Shown one piece after another: positions 50,782-62,923 of a stretch of DNA of 64,000 nucleotides. Below the pieces are notes generated by a model. It made no database searches, was not told where the DNA came from, and was given only the letters and a program-made list of their open reading frames with translations. Numbering within the stretch: position 1 is the first letter of the stretch; every line of letters begins with the position of its first letter. The stretch is from an uncultured Bacilli bacterium (lineage in GTDB: Bacteria > Bacillota_I > Bacilli_A > RF39 > UBA660): positions 5,041-69,040 of the forward strand of contig CANRCC010000002.1 of the NCBI GenBank assembly GCA_947629025.1, in the 5' to 3' direction. A program made the translations under genes and the position numbers.

Positions 50782-52590
50782 TTATTTTATACTATTATAT
50801 GTTTTTTCTAATTCATCTAATAGTTTATTAAAAAACTCTATTGTATTTAATATAAAATCATTTTTATTTACATCAATATCAACTAGCAATAATGCTTCAT
50901 TAGGATATTTACTAGATCCTACTTTTAAAAAATCTATATATTTAGATATAAACTTTTTATCTTTGCTTAGTATTTTTGTTGCACAATATGTTGCACATGA
51001 TATACCAATAGCGTATTTATATAAATAAAAATCTGTATATAAATGTGAATAAATTTCCCATCTATATTTTATTTGCTTATCAACTACTACATCTTTTCCA
51101 TAATATTCTTTATATAAATCAAGGCATAAGTTTGAAAAATATTCTCCATTTACTGGATTATTATTTTCTACCATATTATGAACATCTAACTCAAATTTTG
51201 CAAATAATGTTGAATCAAAGAAATTTGATATATATAATCTTAATAAATCATTTATTAAGTATAATTTAGTATTCAAATCCTTTTCTTTTTCTATCATAGT
51301 AACATTAAATATAATTTCATTTGTAAGTGATGCGACCTCTGCTAAAACAAGTGGGTAATCATAATATTGATATGGATTACTATTTTTAGATAAATATGTA
51401 TTAACAGAATGTCCAAGTTCATGGGCTAATGCACTTATATCATTAATTTTACCTTCAAAGTTAATAAGCACATATGGATTAGAATCATATACACCTGAAG
51501 AAAATGCTCCACTATACTTACCAACATTATTATATACATCTATCCATCTTTCATCAAAAGCTCTTTTTAAGATATCTGTATATTCACTTGAATATACATC
51601 ATTAAATGTATCTAATATAATATCTTTTGCCTCAGAAAACGAATATGTTTTATCACTATCTGATACAATTGGTGCATTTACATCATATATATGAAATTCA
51701 TCATAATTTAACATTTCTTTTTTTATTTTATAATATCTATGTAATGAAGATATATTTGAATATACAGTATTTATCAAATTATCATATAAATCTTTAGATA
51801 AATTATCACTTATTAAATCTGATTCAAGCATACTATTATACTTTCTAATACTAGTTATAGTATTATTTATCTGAAGATGTGCTTCATATAAAGTTCCAAT
51901 TGTATTACTATATTTTCCATATTCACCAAAGTATTTTTTAAATGCTTTTTCTCTAACTTTTCTATTTTTTGATTTTATAAAAATAGAATAATTTGAATCA
52001 GTAAGTTCTACCATATTTTGATTTTCATCTTTTATATTACCAAATTTCATATCAGAGTTAACTAACATATCATATGCATCTGATGGTAATAAAATTGCTT
52101 TTGATAGATTAGATAATAATTTTTCTTCTGAATCACTAAGTGAATGTTTTTTATCTTTAAACATAACTTCAAACATAAATTCATACTCTTTTAATTTTTC
52201 ATTTTTACTTATGAATTTTTTTATTTTCTCATAATCTAATCTTAGTATTTTATTATTTACAAAAGATGTTTGCGCTACAATACTTTGAATAGTATTTAAA
52301 ACTCTATTATATAATAATTGATTAGAAGAATTTGTTTGATCTTCTGATACTTTTAAATTAATATAAACCATTAATTTATCTAATAATCTACTTAATGATA
52401 AATCTAAATTAACAAGTTCATATAAAGTATTTTCATCTAATTCTTTATCCTTATATTCAACTATTTGTTTTTCTTTATCTTTTGCAAGTTTTATATCATT
52501 ATCTAATTCATTAGCATCTTTATATAAATTTTCTAAATCCCATTTATACTTACTTTCTACTTCTTCTCTTTTTCTTTGATTGATTTTCAT
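50782..52590 (-). CDS. pepF: oligoendopeptidase F (M3B)
   Basis: R.EV..KY.WDL..LY, WIDVY.N.GK.SGAFS, AHELGHS (HExxH), AEVAS..NE. Confidence 0.9.
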   Translation of the reverse strand: MKINQRKREEVESKYKWDLENLYKDANELDNDIKLAKDKEKQIVEYKDKELDENTLYELVNLDLSLSRLLDKLMVYINLKVSEDQTNSSNQLLYNRVLNTIQSIVAQTSFVNNKILRLDYEKIKKFISKNEKLKEYEFMFEVMFKDKKHSLSDSEEKLLSNLSKAILLPSDAYDMLVNSDMKFGNIKDENQNMVELTDSNYSIFIKSKNRKVREKAFKKYFGEYGKYSNTIGTLYEAHLQINNTITSIRKYNSMLESDLISDNLSKDLYDNLINTVYSNISSLHRYYKIKKEMLNYDEFHIYDVNAPIVSDSDKTYSFSEAKDIILDTFNDVYSSEYTDILKRAFDERWIDVYNNVGKYSGAFSSGVYDSNPYVLINFEGKINDISALAHELGHSVNTYLSKNSNPYQYYDYPLVLAEVASLTNEIIFNVTMIEKEKDLNTKLYLINDLLRLYISNFFDSTLFAKFELDVHNMVENNNPVNGEYFSNLCLDLYKEYYGKDVVVDKQIKYRWEIYSHLYTDFYLYKYAIGISCATYCATKILSKDKKFISKYIDFLKVGSSKYPNEALLLVDIDVNKNDFILNTIEFFNKLLDELEKTYNSIK

Positions 52591-52616
52591 AAAATAGCCC
52601 TTTCATATAAACAAGA

Positions 52617-52645
52617 TAGAAAGTTCTAGTTACCTAGAACTTCTA
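52617..52645 (-). terminator. terminator after dnaK
   Basis: AAGTTCTAG-ttac-CTAGAACTT hairpin. Confidence 0.65.
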
Positions 52646-52648
52646 ATA

Positions 52649-55032
<2,384 letters not shown>

Positions 55033-55033
55033 A

Positions 55034-56023
55034 CTACTCCCTTTCTATGCAAGATTTTAAGACCTCAAGAAGACTTACAACTTTATCATATTCCATTCTT
55101 TTTGGTCCTATAATTGCAAGAGTTCCTTCTTCATTATCTGCATTATATTTTGTTTTTATTATAGTAAGGTCATCATCTATATTATTTTCTGCACCAATAT
55201 ATATATTTATTCCATTTGAATCTTCTTTAATAGATGATACTAAATTTTCATCATCAAGTTTATTTACTAAATCTTTTATTTTTTTAGCATTTGATGAAAA
55301 CTCTTCAAATTCAAGCATATTATTTTTACCTTTAACAGTCATCTCTGATGAATTTTTTAAATCACTAAATGCTGAGTAAAATGCATTATATATAACTTCA
55401 TGATTTGTTACATATTGTCCAATAATAGGCTTAATTTCAAATTCTAGTTTTTCTGATACTTCACTAATTGGAGTACCTACTATAAGTTTATTAATAAGTT
55501 CAACAATTTTTGCTATTTCTTCTAAATTAGTATCTTTTATATCAATTTTTTTATTTTCTACATGTCCATTATCTGTAATAACAATTGCAATTACACTATC
55601 TTTATTTATTGGAATTGTTTCAACTTTTTTTAATCTGCTATCATCATTATTACCAAGTACAACAGCAGTATAATGAGTCATTTCTGAAATAATTTCCAAA
55701 CTTTTTGATATTGCATCTGATAATATTAGTGATTTATTTTGAAATACTCGTTGAAGATTTAAAACCTCTTCGCCTGTCATATTTTTTGGTTTCATTAAAT
55801 TATCAACGTAATATCTATAACCATTCTCACTAGGTATCCTACCAGATGAAATATGTGTTTTTTCTAAGTATCCCATCTCTTCTAATTTTGCCATTTCACT
55901 TCTTACAGTTGCAGGTGATACTCCTAAAGTATTACAAATTGCTGTAGATCCAACTGGAACTGGTGCTTTACCATACTCTTCAATTATCAGTTTTAATATC
56001 TCATTTTGTCTTGTACTTAACAA
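55034..56023 (-). CDS. hrcA: heat-inducible transcription repressor HrcA
   Basis: LS.RQ.EIL..I, PVGS, SPATVR.EM..LE..GYL.K.H.SSGRIPS..GYRYYVD, IIGPKRM.Y; TTG start. Confidence 0.97.
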   Translation of the reverse strand: MLSTRQNEILKLIIEEYGKAPVPVGSTAICNTLGVSPATVRSEMAKLEEMGYLEKTHISSGRIPSENGYRYYVDNLMKPKNMTGEEVLNLQRVFQNKSLILSDAISKSLEIISEMTHYTAVVLGNNDDSRLKKVETIPINKDSVIAIVITDNGHVENKKIDIKDTNLEEIAKIVELINKLIVGTPISEVSEKLEFEIKPIIGQYVTNHEVIYNAFYSAFSDLKNSSEMTVKGKNNMLEFEEFSSNAKKIKDLVNKLDDENLVSSIKEDSNGINIYIGAENNIDDDLTIIKTKYNADNEEGTLAIIGPKRMEYDKVVSLLEVLKSCIERE

Positions 56024-56056
56024 AATTATCACCTCTAATCCAAGTATTCGAATAAT

Positions 56057-56098
56057 ATTATACCATTTATTTTAGCAATGTCAATACGTGAGTGCTAA
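56057..56098 (-). promoter_or_regulatory. CIRCE operator overlapping the sigma-A -35 of the hrcA promoter
   Basis: TTAGCACTC-N9-CATTGCTAA (56098-56072); TTGACA-N16-TATAAT. Confidence 0.9.
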
Positions 56099-56102
56099 AA
56101 AA

Positions 56103-56134
56103 TAAAATAAACGTATTTTACAACGTTTATTTTA
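56103..56134 (-). terminator. terminator of poly-HTH gene
   Basis: TAAAATAAACGT-N8-ACGTTTATTTTA plus U-run. Confidence 0.7.
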
Positions 56135-56137
56135 CAC

Positions 56138-59100
56138 TTAAAATGAACTGTTTTTATATTCATATTTATATTTTGACTCAAATGAGCTTTTATATACATG
56201 CAAAGATTTTTTAAATATACTAAGTATTTCACTTTTTGATAAAGAAGTTATTTTATGTATTTCATCAACTGAATAATATTTCTTATTTATCTTTCCAAAT
56301 AAAAGTTGGATTACAGAAAATTCAAGTTCATTAATATTATAATTTTTTAATAATTCATTTAATGTATTTATATTTACTAATTTACTTATTTTAAATATTT
56401 TTTCTTGAATATCATCTGATGATTCATATTTTTCTTCTTTCTTTTCTTTATCACTTTCAACGATTTCTTTTTCATTCTCAATGATTTCTTTATCACTTTT
56501 CATGATTTCTTTAACATTTTTCATGATTTCTTTTTCACATAATTCTTTTAATTCTTCATAACTATTTACATTAAAATAATTTAATATTCTAATTAATAAT
56601 TTAAGTGATATTCCATAGTTTAACCATTTATTTAGTGTTGATTTTGAAACTCCTAATTCTTCTGCAAATTTTGTTTGTGGTATACCTTTTATTTTTAAAT
56701 AATCACTTAAAAACGATATATCATATATTTTACATATATTAGATGAAATTTTTTCTATTTCTTTTTCGCATAATTCTTTTAATTCTTCATAACTATTTAT
56801 ATTAAAATAATTTAATATTTTAGGTAATTGTCTAAATGGTATTCCATGGTTTAACCATCTACCTAGTGTTGCTTCTGTAATTTCTAGTTCTTTTGCTAAT
56901 TCTTTTTGTGTTATACCTATTTTTTTTAAATAATATTTTAAAAATGATATATTATAGGTCTCATCTATACTAGGTGAATTTTCTTTTATCTCTTCTTCAC
57001 ATAATTCTTTTAATTCTTCATAACTATCTACATTAAAATAATTTAATATTTTAGGTAAGTCTTTAAATGATATTCCATGGTTTAACCATCTACCTAGTGT
57101 TGATTTTGTAATTTCTAGTTCTTCTGCTAATTTTTCTTGTGTTATACCTTTTATTTTTAAATAGTCAATTAAAAATGATATATCATATTTTTCATCTATA
57201 TTATATGGATTTTTTTCTATCTCTTTTTCACATAATTCTTTTAACTCTTCATAACTATTTACATTAAAATAATTTAATATTTTAGCTAAGTATTTAAATG
57301 GTATTCCATCTCTTATCCATTTGCCTAGTGTTGATGGTGAAAATCCTAGTTCTTTTGCTAATTTTGCTTGTGATGGACCTTTTATTTTTAAATAATCAAT
57401 TAAAAACGATATATCATATTTTTCATCTATATTGTATGAATTTTCTTCTATCTCCTTTTCGCATAATTCTTTTAATTCTTCATAACTATTTACATTAAAA
57501 TAATTTAATATCATAGGTAATTTTTTAAATGGTACTCCATCTTTTGACCATTTTCTTAGTGTTGATTCTGAAATTCCTAGTTCTTTTGCTAATTTTGCTT
57601 GTGATGGACCTTTTATTTTTAAATAATCAATTAAAAACGATATATCATATTTTTCACTTGTATTAGATAAATTTTCTTCTATCTCCTTTTCGCATAATTC
57701 TTTTAATTCTTCATAACTATTTACATTAAAATACTTTAATATTTTAGGTAAGTTGATAAATAAAATTCCATATTTTAACCATCTACCTAATGTTGATTCT
57801 GTAATTTCTAGTTGTTGTGCAAATTCTTTTTGTGATATACGTTTTATTTTTAAATAATATTTTAAAAATGATATATCATATTTTTCACTTATGTTATATG
57901 AAATTTTTCCTATCTCTTTTTCACATAATTCTTTTAACTCTTCATAACTATCTACATTAAAATAATTTAATATTCTAGGTAATTCATAAGATGATACTCC
58001 GCATTTTAACCATTTACTTAGTGTTGATTCTGAAATTCCTATTTCTTTTGCAAATTCTCTTTGTAATATATTTTTTGTTTTTAAATAATATTTTAAAAAT
58101 GATATATCATATATTTTACCTATATTAGATAAAACATTTTCTTTCTCTTCTTTGCAAAATTCTTTTAATTCTTCATAACTATTTACATTAAACCAATTTA
58201 ATATTCTATATAATTGTTTAAATGGTATTCCATTTTTTAACCAATTTCTTAATGTTTGAGCTGTAACTCCTATTTCTTTTGCAAATTCTATTTGTGGTAT
58301 ACGTTTTATTTTTAAATAATATTTTAAAAACGATATATCATATATTTCACTTATGTTAGATGAAATTTTTTCTATTTCTTTTTCACATAATTCTTTTAAC
58401 TCTTCATAACTATTTACATTAAAATAATTTAATATTTTAGGTAATTGTTTAAATGGTATTCCATCTTTTAACCAAGTTACTAATGTTTGTTTTGAAATTC
58501 CTATTTCTTTTACAAAGTCTTTTTGTAATATACCTTTTATTTTTAAATAGTCATTTAAAAACGATATATCATATTTTTTGTGTATATTAGATGTTTTTTG
58601 CTTTATTTCTTTTTCGCATAATTCTTTTAACTCTTCATAACTATTTACATTAAAATAATTTAGTATTTTAGTTAATTGTCTAAATAGTACCCCATCATTC
58701 AACCATGAATTTAATGTTGAAAATGAAATTCCTATTTCTCTTGCAAATTCTTTTTGAAATATACCTTTTATTTTTAAATAATCTCTCAAAAATGATATAT
58801 CATATTTTTCTCTTATGTTATATGAAATTTTTTTTAGATCTTTTTTGCATAATTCTTTTAATTCTTCATAACTATTTACATTAAAATACTTTAATATTCT
58901 AGGTAATTGGTTAAATGGTACTCCATTTTTTAACCAATTACTTAATGTTGGTTTTGCAATTCCTATTTTATCTGCAAATTCTGTTTGTGATATATCATTT
59001 ATTTTTAAATAATCACTTAAAAACGATATATCATATTTTTTATTTATATTAGATAAATTTTCTTCTATCTCTTTTTCACATAATTCTTTTAACTCTTCAT

Positions 59101-60304
59101 AACTATTTACATTAAAGTAATTTAGTATTTTAGGTAATTCATAAGATGGTACCCCACTTTTAAACCATTTGCCTAGTGTTGATAGTGCAATTTCTATTTT
59201 ATCTGCAAATTCTGTTTGTGATATACCTTTTATTTTTAAATAATCTTTTATAAATGATATATCATATCTTTTATTATTATAATTTTTCTTATTATAATTT
59301 TTATGAGAAGCACTTTTTATATATTTGCCTTTTAATTCTGCATAACTTTTACTTTTATATAAAAATAGTAATTTATCTAAATAATAACCTGGCATCTTTT
59401 TTTGATTTGATAGCCAAAGTTCTACTGATTGTAAATTTGCTTCTAAATCACGAGAAAATTTTATCATATCACTTTTTGTTTTTATTTCATTTGATAAAAA
59501 TGAAATATCATAACTTTTATTTTTTTCATTAGTTTTTTGTTGTTGTATTTTATTTTTTTCATTCATTTTTTGTTGTTGTATTTCATTTTTTTTATCAGCT
59601 AAAATCATCTTTTTTACATTATCTAAATTATCATATAACTCTTCTATTGTAGTACAATTACATTTTGATAATATTTTGTTTAAAGTATATTGAGGTACCT
59701 CTCTTCCTAAAACTAAATAATCATATAAAATAGATTGATTAATGTCAACAAATTTTGAAAAAGTATATAAACTAATATTATTTTTAATAATAAAACTATT
59801 TAAAAATTTAAGATTATCTAATTTTTTTTCTTTTATTTCCTTTTTATTATATATATTACTACTACGTACGTTTATTACGATTTGTTTATTTCCTGTAGTT
59901 TTTTTCTTTTCTGTAGTATCATTTCCATATAATTCTTTATATGCTGATCTTATATTTGCAATTAAAGTATCTCTACTATTATATTTATTAATTACTTTTG
60001 TAAAAACATTTTCATAACATTCATCTATATCAGATGCTTTTATTTTATATCTATATGCCATTTGATTAGAAATATATGATAATTTATCCATTAGTATTTT
60101 TTTAAAATTTTCATCTTTTTTTGCTAAAGAAACAGTATAATGATCTATATAAAATCTTGCGCGTTCTATTAAAGGAAGAGATTTTCTTCTGCATTTATTT
60201 TCTGCATAATCTATCGCATCTTCATACACACTATCATCTAATTGTAAATATTTATATTCTCTTTTTAAATTATCTAATAAACGTTCATACGTGAATTTAT
60301 CCAT
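56138..60304 (-). CDS. large multi-XRE-HTH repeat protein with sigma70 region-2-like N-terminus and region-4-like C-terminus
   Basis: 12 x 77-aa repeats YDISFL..YLK.KGI.Q.E.A.E.GI...TL..W...G...L..IL.YFNVNSYEELKELC, plus 2 degenerate N-terminal HTHs; C-terminal E..VIQLLFG....YSVDEI.....SK.EI..IFKKSL. Confidence 0.85.
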   Translation of the reverse strand: MDKFTYERLLDNLKREYKYLQLDDSVYEDAIDYAENKCRRKSLPLIERARFYIDHYTVSLAKKDENFKKILMDKLSYISNQMAYRYKIKASDIDECYENVFTKVINKYNSRDTLIANIRSAYKELYGNDTTEKKKTTGNKQIVINVRSSNIYNKKEIKEKKLDNLKFLNSFIIKNNISLYTFSKFVDINQSILYDYLVLGREVPQYTLNKILSKCNCTTIEELYDNLDNVKKMILADKKNEIQQQKMNEKNKIQQQKTNEKNKSYDISFLSNEIKTKSDMIKFSRDLEANLQSVELWLSNQKKMPGYYLDKLLFLYKSKSYAELKGKYIKSASHKNYNKKNYNNKRYDISFIKDYLKIKGISQTEFADKIEIALSTLGKWFKSGVPSYELPKILNYFNVNSYEELKELCEKEIEENLSNINKKYDISFLSDYLKINDISQTEFADKIGIAKPTLSNWLKNGVPFNQLPRILKYFNVNSYEELKELCKKDLKKISYNIREKYDISFLRDYLKIKGIFQKEFAREIGISFSTLNSWLNDGVLFRQLTKILNYFNVNSYEELKELCEKEIKQKTSNIHKKYDISFLNDYLKIKGILQKDFVKEIGISKQTLVTWLKDGIPFKQLPKILNYFNVNSYEELKELCEKEIEKISSNISEIYDISFLKYYLKIKRIPQIEFAKEIGVTAQTLRNWLKNGIPFKQLYRILNWFNVNSYEELKEFCKEEKENVLSNIGKIYDISFLKYYLKTKNILQREFAKEIGISESTLSKWLKCGVSSYELPRILNYFNVDSYEELKELCEKEIGKISYNISEKYDISFLKYYLKIKRISQKEFAQQLEITESTLGRWLKYGILFINLPKILKYFNVNSYEELKELCEKEIEENLSNTSEKYDISFLIDYLKIKGPSQAKLAKELGISESTLRKWSKDGVPFKKLPMILNYFNVNSYEELKELCEKEIEENSYNIDEKYDISFLIDYLKIKGPSQAKLAKELGFSPSTLGKWIRDGIPFKYLAKILNYFNVNSYEELKELCEKEIEKNPYNIDEKYDISFLIDYLKIKGITQEKLAEELEITKSTLGRWLNHGISFKDLPKILNYFNVDSYEELKELCEEEIKENSPSIDETYNISFLKYYLKKIGITQKELAKELEITEATLGRWLNHGIPFRQLPKILNYFNINSYEELKELCEKEIEKISSNICKIYDISFLSDYLKIKGIPQTKFAEELGVSKSTLNKWLNYGISLKLLIRILNYFNVNSYEELKELCEKEIMKNVKEIMKSDKEIIENEKEIVESDKEKKEEKYESSDDIQEKIFKISKLVNINTLNELLKNYNINELEFSVIQLLFGKINKKYYSVDEIHKITSLSKSEILSIFKKSLHVYKSSFESKYKYEYKNSSF
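56495..59266 (-). repeat. 12 tandem in-frame 231-bp repeats
   Basis: Unit starts at 59266, 59035 ... 56725 (exact 231-bp period verified at the first, second and last units). Confidence 0.95.
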
Positions 60305-60327
60305 AGTACTACCTACCTATTCTTATG

Positions 60328-61392
60328 TTATTTAAATTGTAATTTTTTTGCTTCTTCAAAATTTTTAAATAAGTATTCTTTACAAATATATAGATACTTT
60401 TTATAAATTTTTATAACTTCATTTTTATTCTTTTTAAATCTTTTACATACTACTCTAATAGAGTTTTTATCAAGATTATGATTATATAATAGTATTATTA
60501 TTTGTCTTTCTTCAATGCTAGCATTTTCATTTTCAAAAATAAAATTTAAGATATCTTCATTAATATAATCTGTTATATTTATCTTTTTTTCTTCTTGATT
60601 TTTAAAGTTTTCATATGCGTTATATAATGAGCTTTCTAGTTTTAATTGCTGTAACATTTCATTTTTATCTATATTGTTTTTAAATGCATCAAATAATTCT
60701 TCCTTATTTGTAACATTAAATAAATCAAATATATTTTCTATTTCATCTTCTATAAAATCATCTTCATTATTTAAACAACTGCATAACACTTCTATATCCA
60801 TATTTATATATTTTGAAAAAACATAATAGTTTATATTAAAGTCATCTAAAAATTTCTTTAAGTTTACAGCAATATCAAAATATTCATATGGTTCTTCATT
60901 ATTTTGATCATCTTCTATAACTTCTTTAATTTCATTAGATTCTTTTTTAGGTTCATATAAATTATATTTATTTTTAATATCAATAAGCATATACTTTAAT
61001 ATATTTTCTCTTAATGTTTTATTAGAATCATAATCATTTAAGCATTTTTCAAATGCATCTTCATATATCTTATTTACTTCGTCATTTAAAAAAGGAAATT
61101 TATGCGTAACTAAAACTATTATATTTTTATGTTTCTCAAGTAATAATATTTGAAAATCAATATCATCTATGCATTTTTTTATTAACATACTTTCTATATA
61201 TTTTCTTGAACAAAATATAATATCAATATATGAATCTAATTGTTTACTTTTTGCAAAAGAAAGCGCATCATCAATTAGCTTATCATCTATTTGATAAACT
61301 AAATCTTTTGATAAAATATTGTTATTATAATCCTTAATAATATTATAATATGTATAATTTTTTTTAAGATTTTCACGTATTATTTTATACAT
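60328..61392 (-). CDS. paralog of the repeat protein: sigma-r2-like + single XRE-HTH + sigma-r4-like
   Basis: LLEKHKNII..V..KF......IYEDAF.KCLNDYDS.KTL..NI; LKKFLDDFNINYYVFSKYINMD.EVL...LN; SIEERQIIILLY...KN.NEVIKIYKKYL. Confidence 0.7.
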   Translation of the reverse strand: MYKIIRENLKKNYTYYNIIKDYNNNILSKDLVYQIDDKLIDDALSFAKSKQLDSYIDIIFCSRKYIESMLIKKCIDDIDFQILLLEKHKNIIVLVTHKFPFLNDEVNKIYEDAFEKCLNDYDSNKTLRENILKYMLIDIKNKYNLYEPKKESNEIKEVIEDDQNNEEPYEYFDIAVNLKKFLDDFNINYYVFSKYINMDIEVLCSCLNNEDDFIEDEIENIFDLFNVTNKEELFDAFKNNIDKNEMLQQLKLESSLYNAYENFKNQEEKKINITDYINEDILNFIFENENASIEERQIIILLYNHNLDKNSIRVVCKRFKKNKNEVIKIYKKYLYICKEYLFKNFEEAKKLQFK

Positions 61393-61419
61393 ATTCTACC
61401 CCCTAAAATAGTCTAGTAT

Positions 61420-61449
61420 AATGTACCATTTTTTGTTTTTTTTTGTCAA
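61420..61449 (-). promoter_or_regulatory. sigma-A promoter of the two-gene sigma-like operon
   Basis: TTGACA-N18 (A-tract)-TACATT with extended TG. Confidence 0.55.
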
Positions 61450-61472
61450 TAAATGCAAAAAAAAAAGATATA

Positions 61473-61766
61473 CTAATCTATTTTAATATATGGTTCTAAA
61501 AAATCATATCCAAAGAAGTATATCAAAACTGCTGATATAACTAAGAATATTATTAATCCAATTTGAATTCTTTCAATTAGTTTATCATTTGATTTTTTCT
61601 CTTTTTTTAAAGTATTATCGTTAATAGCAGAACTTATATCAATAATATTTTCATTAGGAGAATCACTTACATCTATCATTTCAAAATCTTGTTCAAAATC
61701 TTCTTCATTATCATCATTATTTTTAAATATATTTGATAATTCTATTATATTACTTTCTTCATTCAT
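61473..61766 (-). CDS. hypothetical acidic protein with C-terminal TM helix
   Basis: GAGGGG RBS; tail-anchored hydrophobic segment. Confidence 0.7.
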   Translation of the reverse strand: MNEESNIIELSNIFKNNDDNEEDFEQDFEMIDVSDSPNENIIDISSAINDNTLKKEKKSNDKLIERIQIGLIIFLVISAVLIYFFGYDFLEPYIKID

Positions 61767-61823
61767 AGATATCCCCTCCTATTTTTTATTATTATACTAC
61801 TAATTTTATTTTTTTTAAATACA

Positions 61824-62903
61824 TTAGACAAAATTAGTCAAAATTTGATTAGATACATAAATATATTCTTCATTTATATATACTCTTTTATCATCACAAA
61901 ATAGTATACCTTTATTTATAAAATCTTTAATAATTTTATCATCTTCTAATCTTTTATTATATTTTTTATAAAAATCTTTTTTATTTATACCATCTAATTT
62001 TCTAAATCCAAGTATTATTTCATATTTCATTTTATCTTCTTTTGATACTTTTTCAATATTCCTATCATATATATTTAAAATATATTTAGATAAATTTTTA
62101 GTATTTGTATATCTTATATTATTAATATAACCACTTGCTGATAAACCAAAGCCATAATATTCATTATTATTCCAATATGATAAGTTATGTTTTGATTCAT
62201 ATCCTTTCTTTGCAAAATTACTAATTTCATAATGATTATACTTTTCTTTTAATTTTCCGCATATTAAATCATACATATTTCTATCTAAATCTTCATCAAT
62301 ATACTTTTCATTATTATTAAATAATATAGTATTATTTTCTATCATTAATGAATAACAAGATATATGTGATATATCTAATTTTAAAAATCTATCTATATCA
62401 TCTTTTAAATCTTTAATAGTTTGATTTTTAACTGCATATATTAAATCTATATTTATATTATCAAAATATTTTTTTGCTAATTTAATCTTTTTATCAATAA
62501 TATCTGAATTATAATTTCTTCCTAAATATTTTAATATTTTATTATTAAAGCTTTGAATTCCTATACTTAATCTATTTACTTTATTTAAAGAAAAAAGTTT
62601 TAATTTTTCTTCTGTTATATCTTCTATATTACATTCAATTGTAAATTCATAATTATTATCTAAATTTATTTTATCTATTATTTTAAATAATTTTTTTAAA
62701 TATATAACTTGTAAACAAGATGGAGTTCCTCCTCCTAAATATAACGTACTTATTTTTTCATTTTTATAATTTTCTTTAATTTCATTATCTAAAGATTCTA
62801 AGTACTTATCTATCCAATTTTCATTATAATACATCTTACAAAAATCACAATATGTACAAATATTTTTACAAAAAGGGATATGAATATATACTGATTTAAC
62901 CAT
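61824..62903 (-). CDS. hemW: radical SAM heme chaperone HemW (HemN-like)
   Basis: YIHIPFCKNICTYCDF, GGGTPS, NRLSIGIQSF, HYEISNFA, HN..YW. Confidence 0.95.
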   Translation of the reverse strand: MVKSVYIHIPFCKNICTYCDFCKMYYNENWIDKYLESLDNEIKENYKNEKISTLYLGGGTPSCLQVIYLKKLFKIIDKINLDNNYEFTIECNIEDITEEKLKLFSLNKVNRLSIGIQSFNNKILKYLGRNYNSDIIDKKIKLAKKYFDNINIDLIYAVKNQTIKDLKDDIDRFLKLDISHISCYSLMIENNTILFNNNEKYIDEDLDRNMYDLICGKLKEKYNHYEISNFAKKGYESKHNLSYWNNNEYYGFGLSASGYINNIRYTNTKNLSKYILNIYDRNIEKVSKEDKMKYEIILGFRKLDGINKKDFYKKYNKRLEDDKIIKDFINKGILFCDDKRVYINEEYIYVSNQILTNFV

Positions 62904-62923
62904 AATATAAATTTTCCTTAATC

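Noticed and set aside
56495-59266. CRISPR array or DGR template/variable repeats
   Set aside because: Units are 231 bp, in frame and protein-coding, with no short repeat-spacer structure. No cas or reverse transcriptase gene is in the window.
61426-61443. Phase variation by homopolymer in the promoter spacer of the sigma-like operon
   Set aside because: A/T runs of this length are common throughout the window, so this cannot be distinguished from background without reads.
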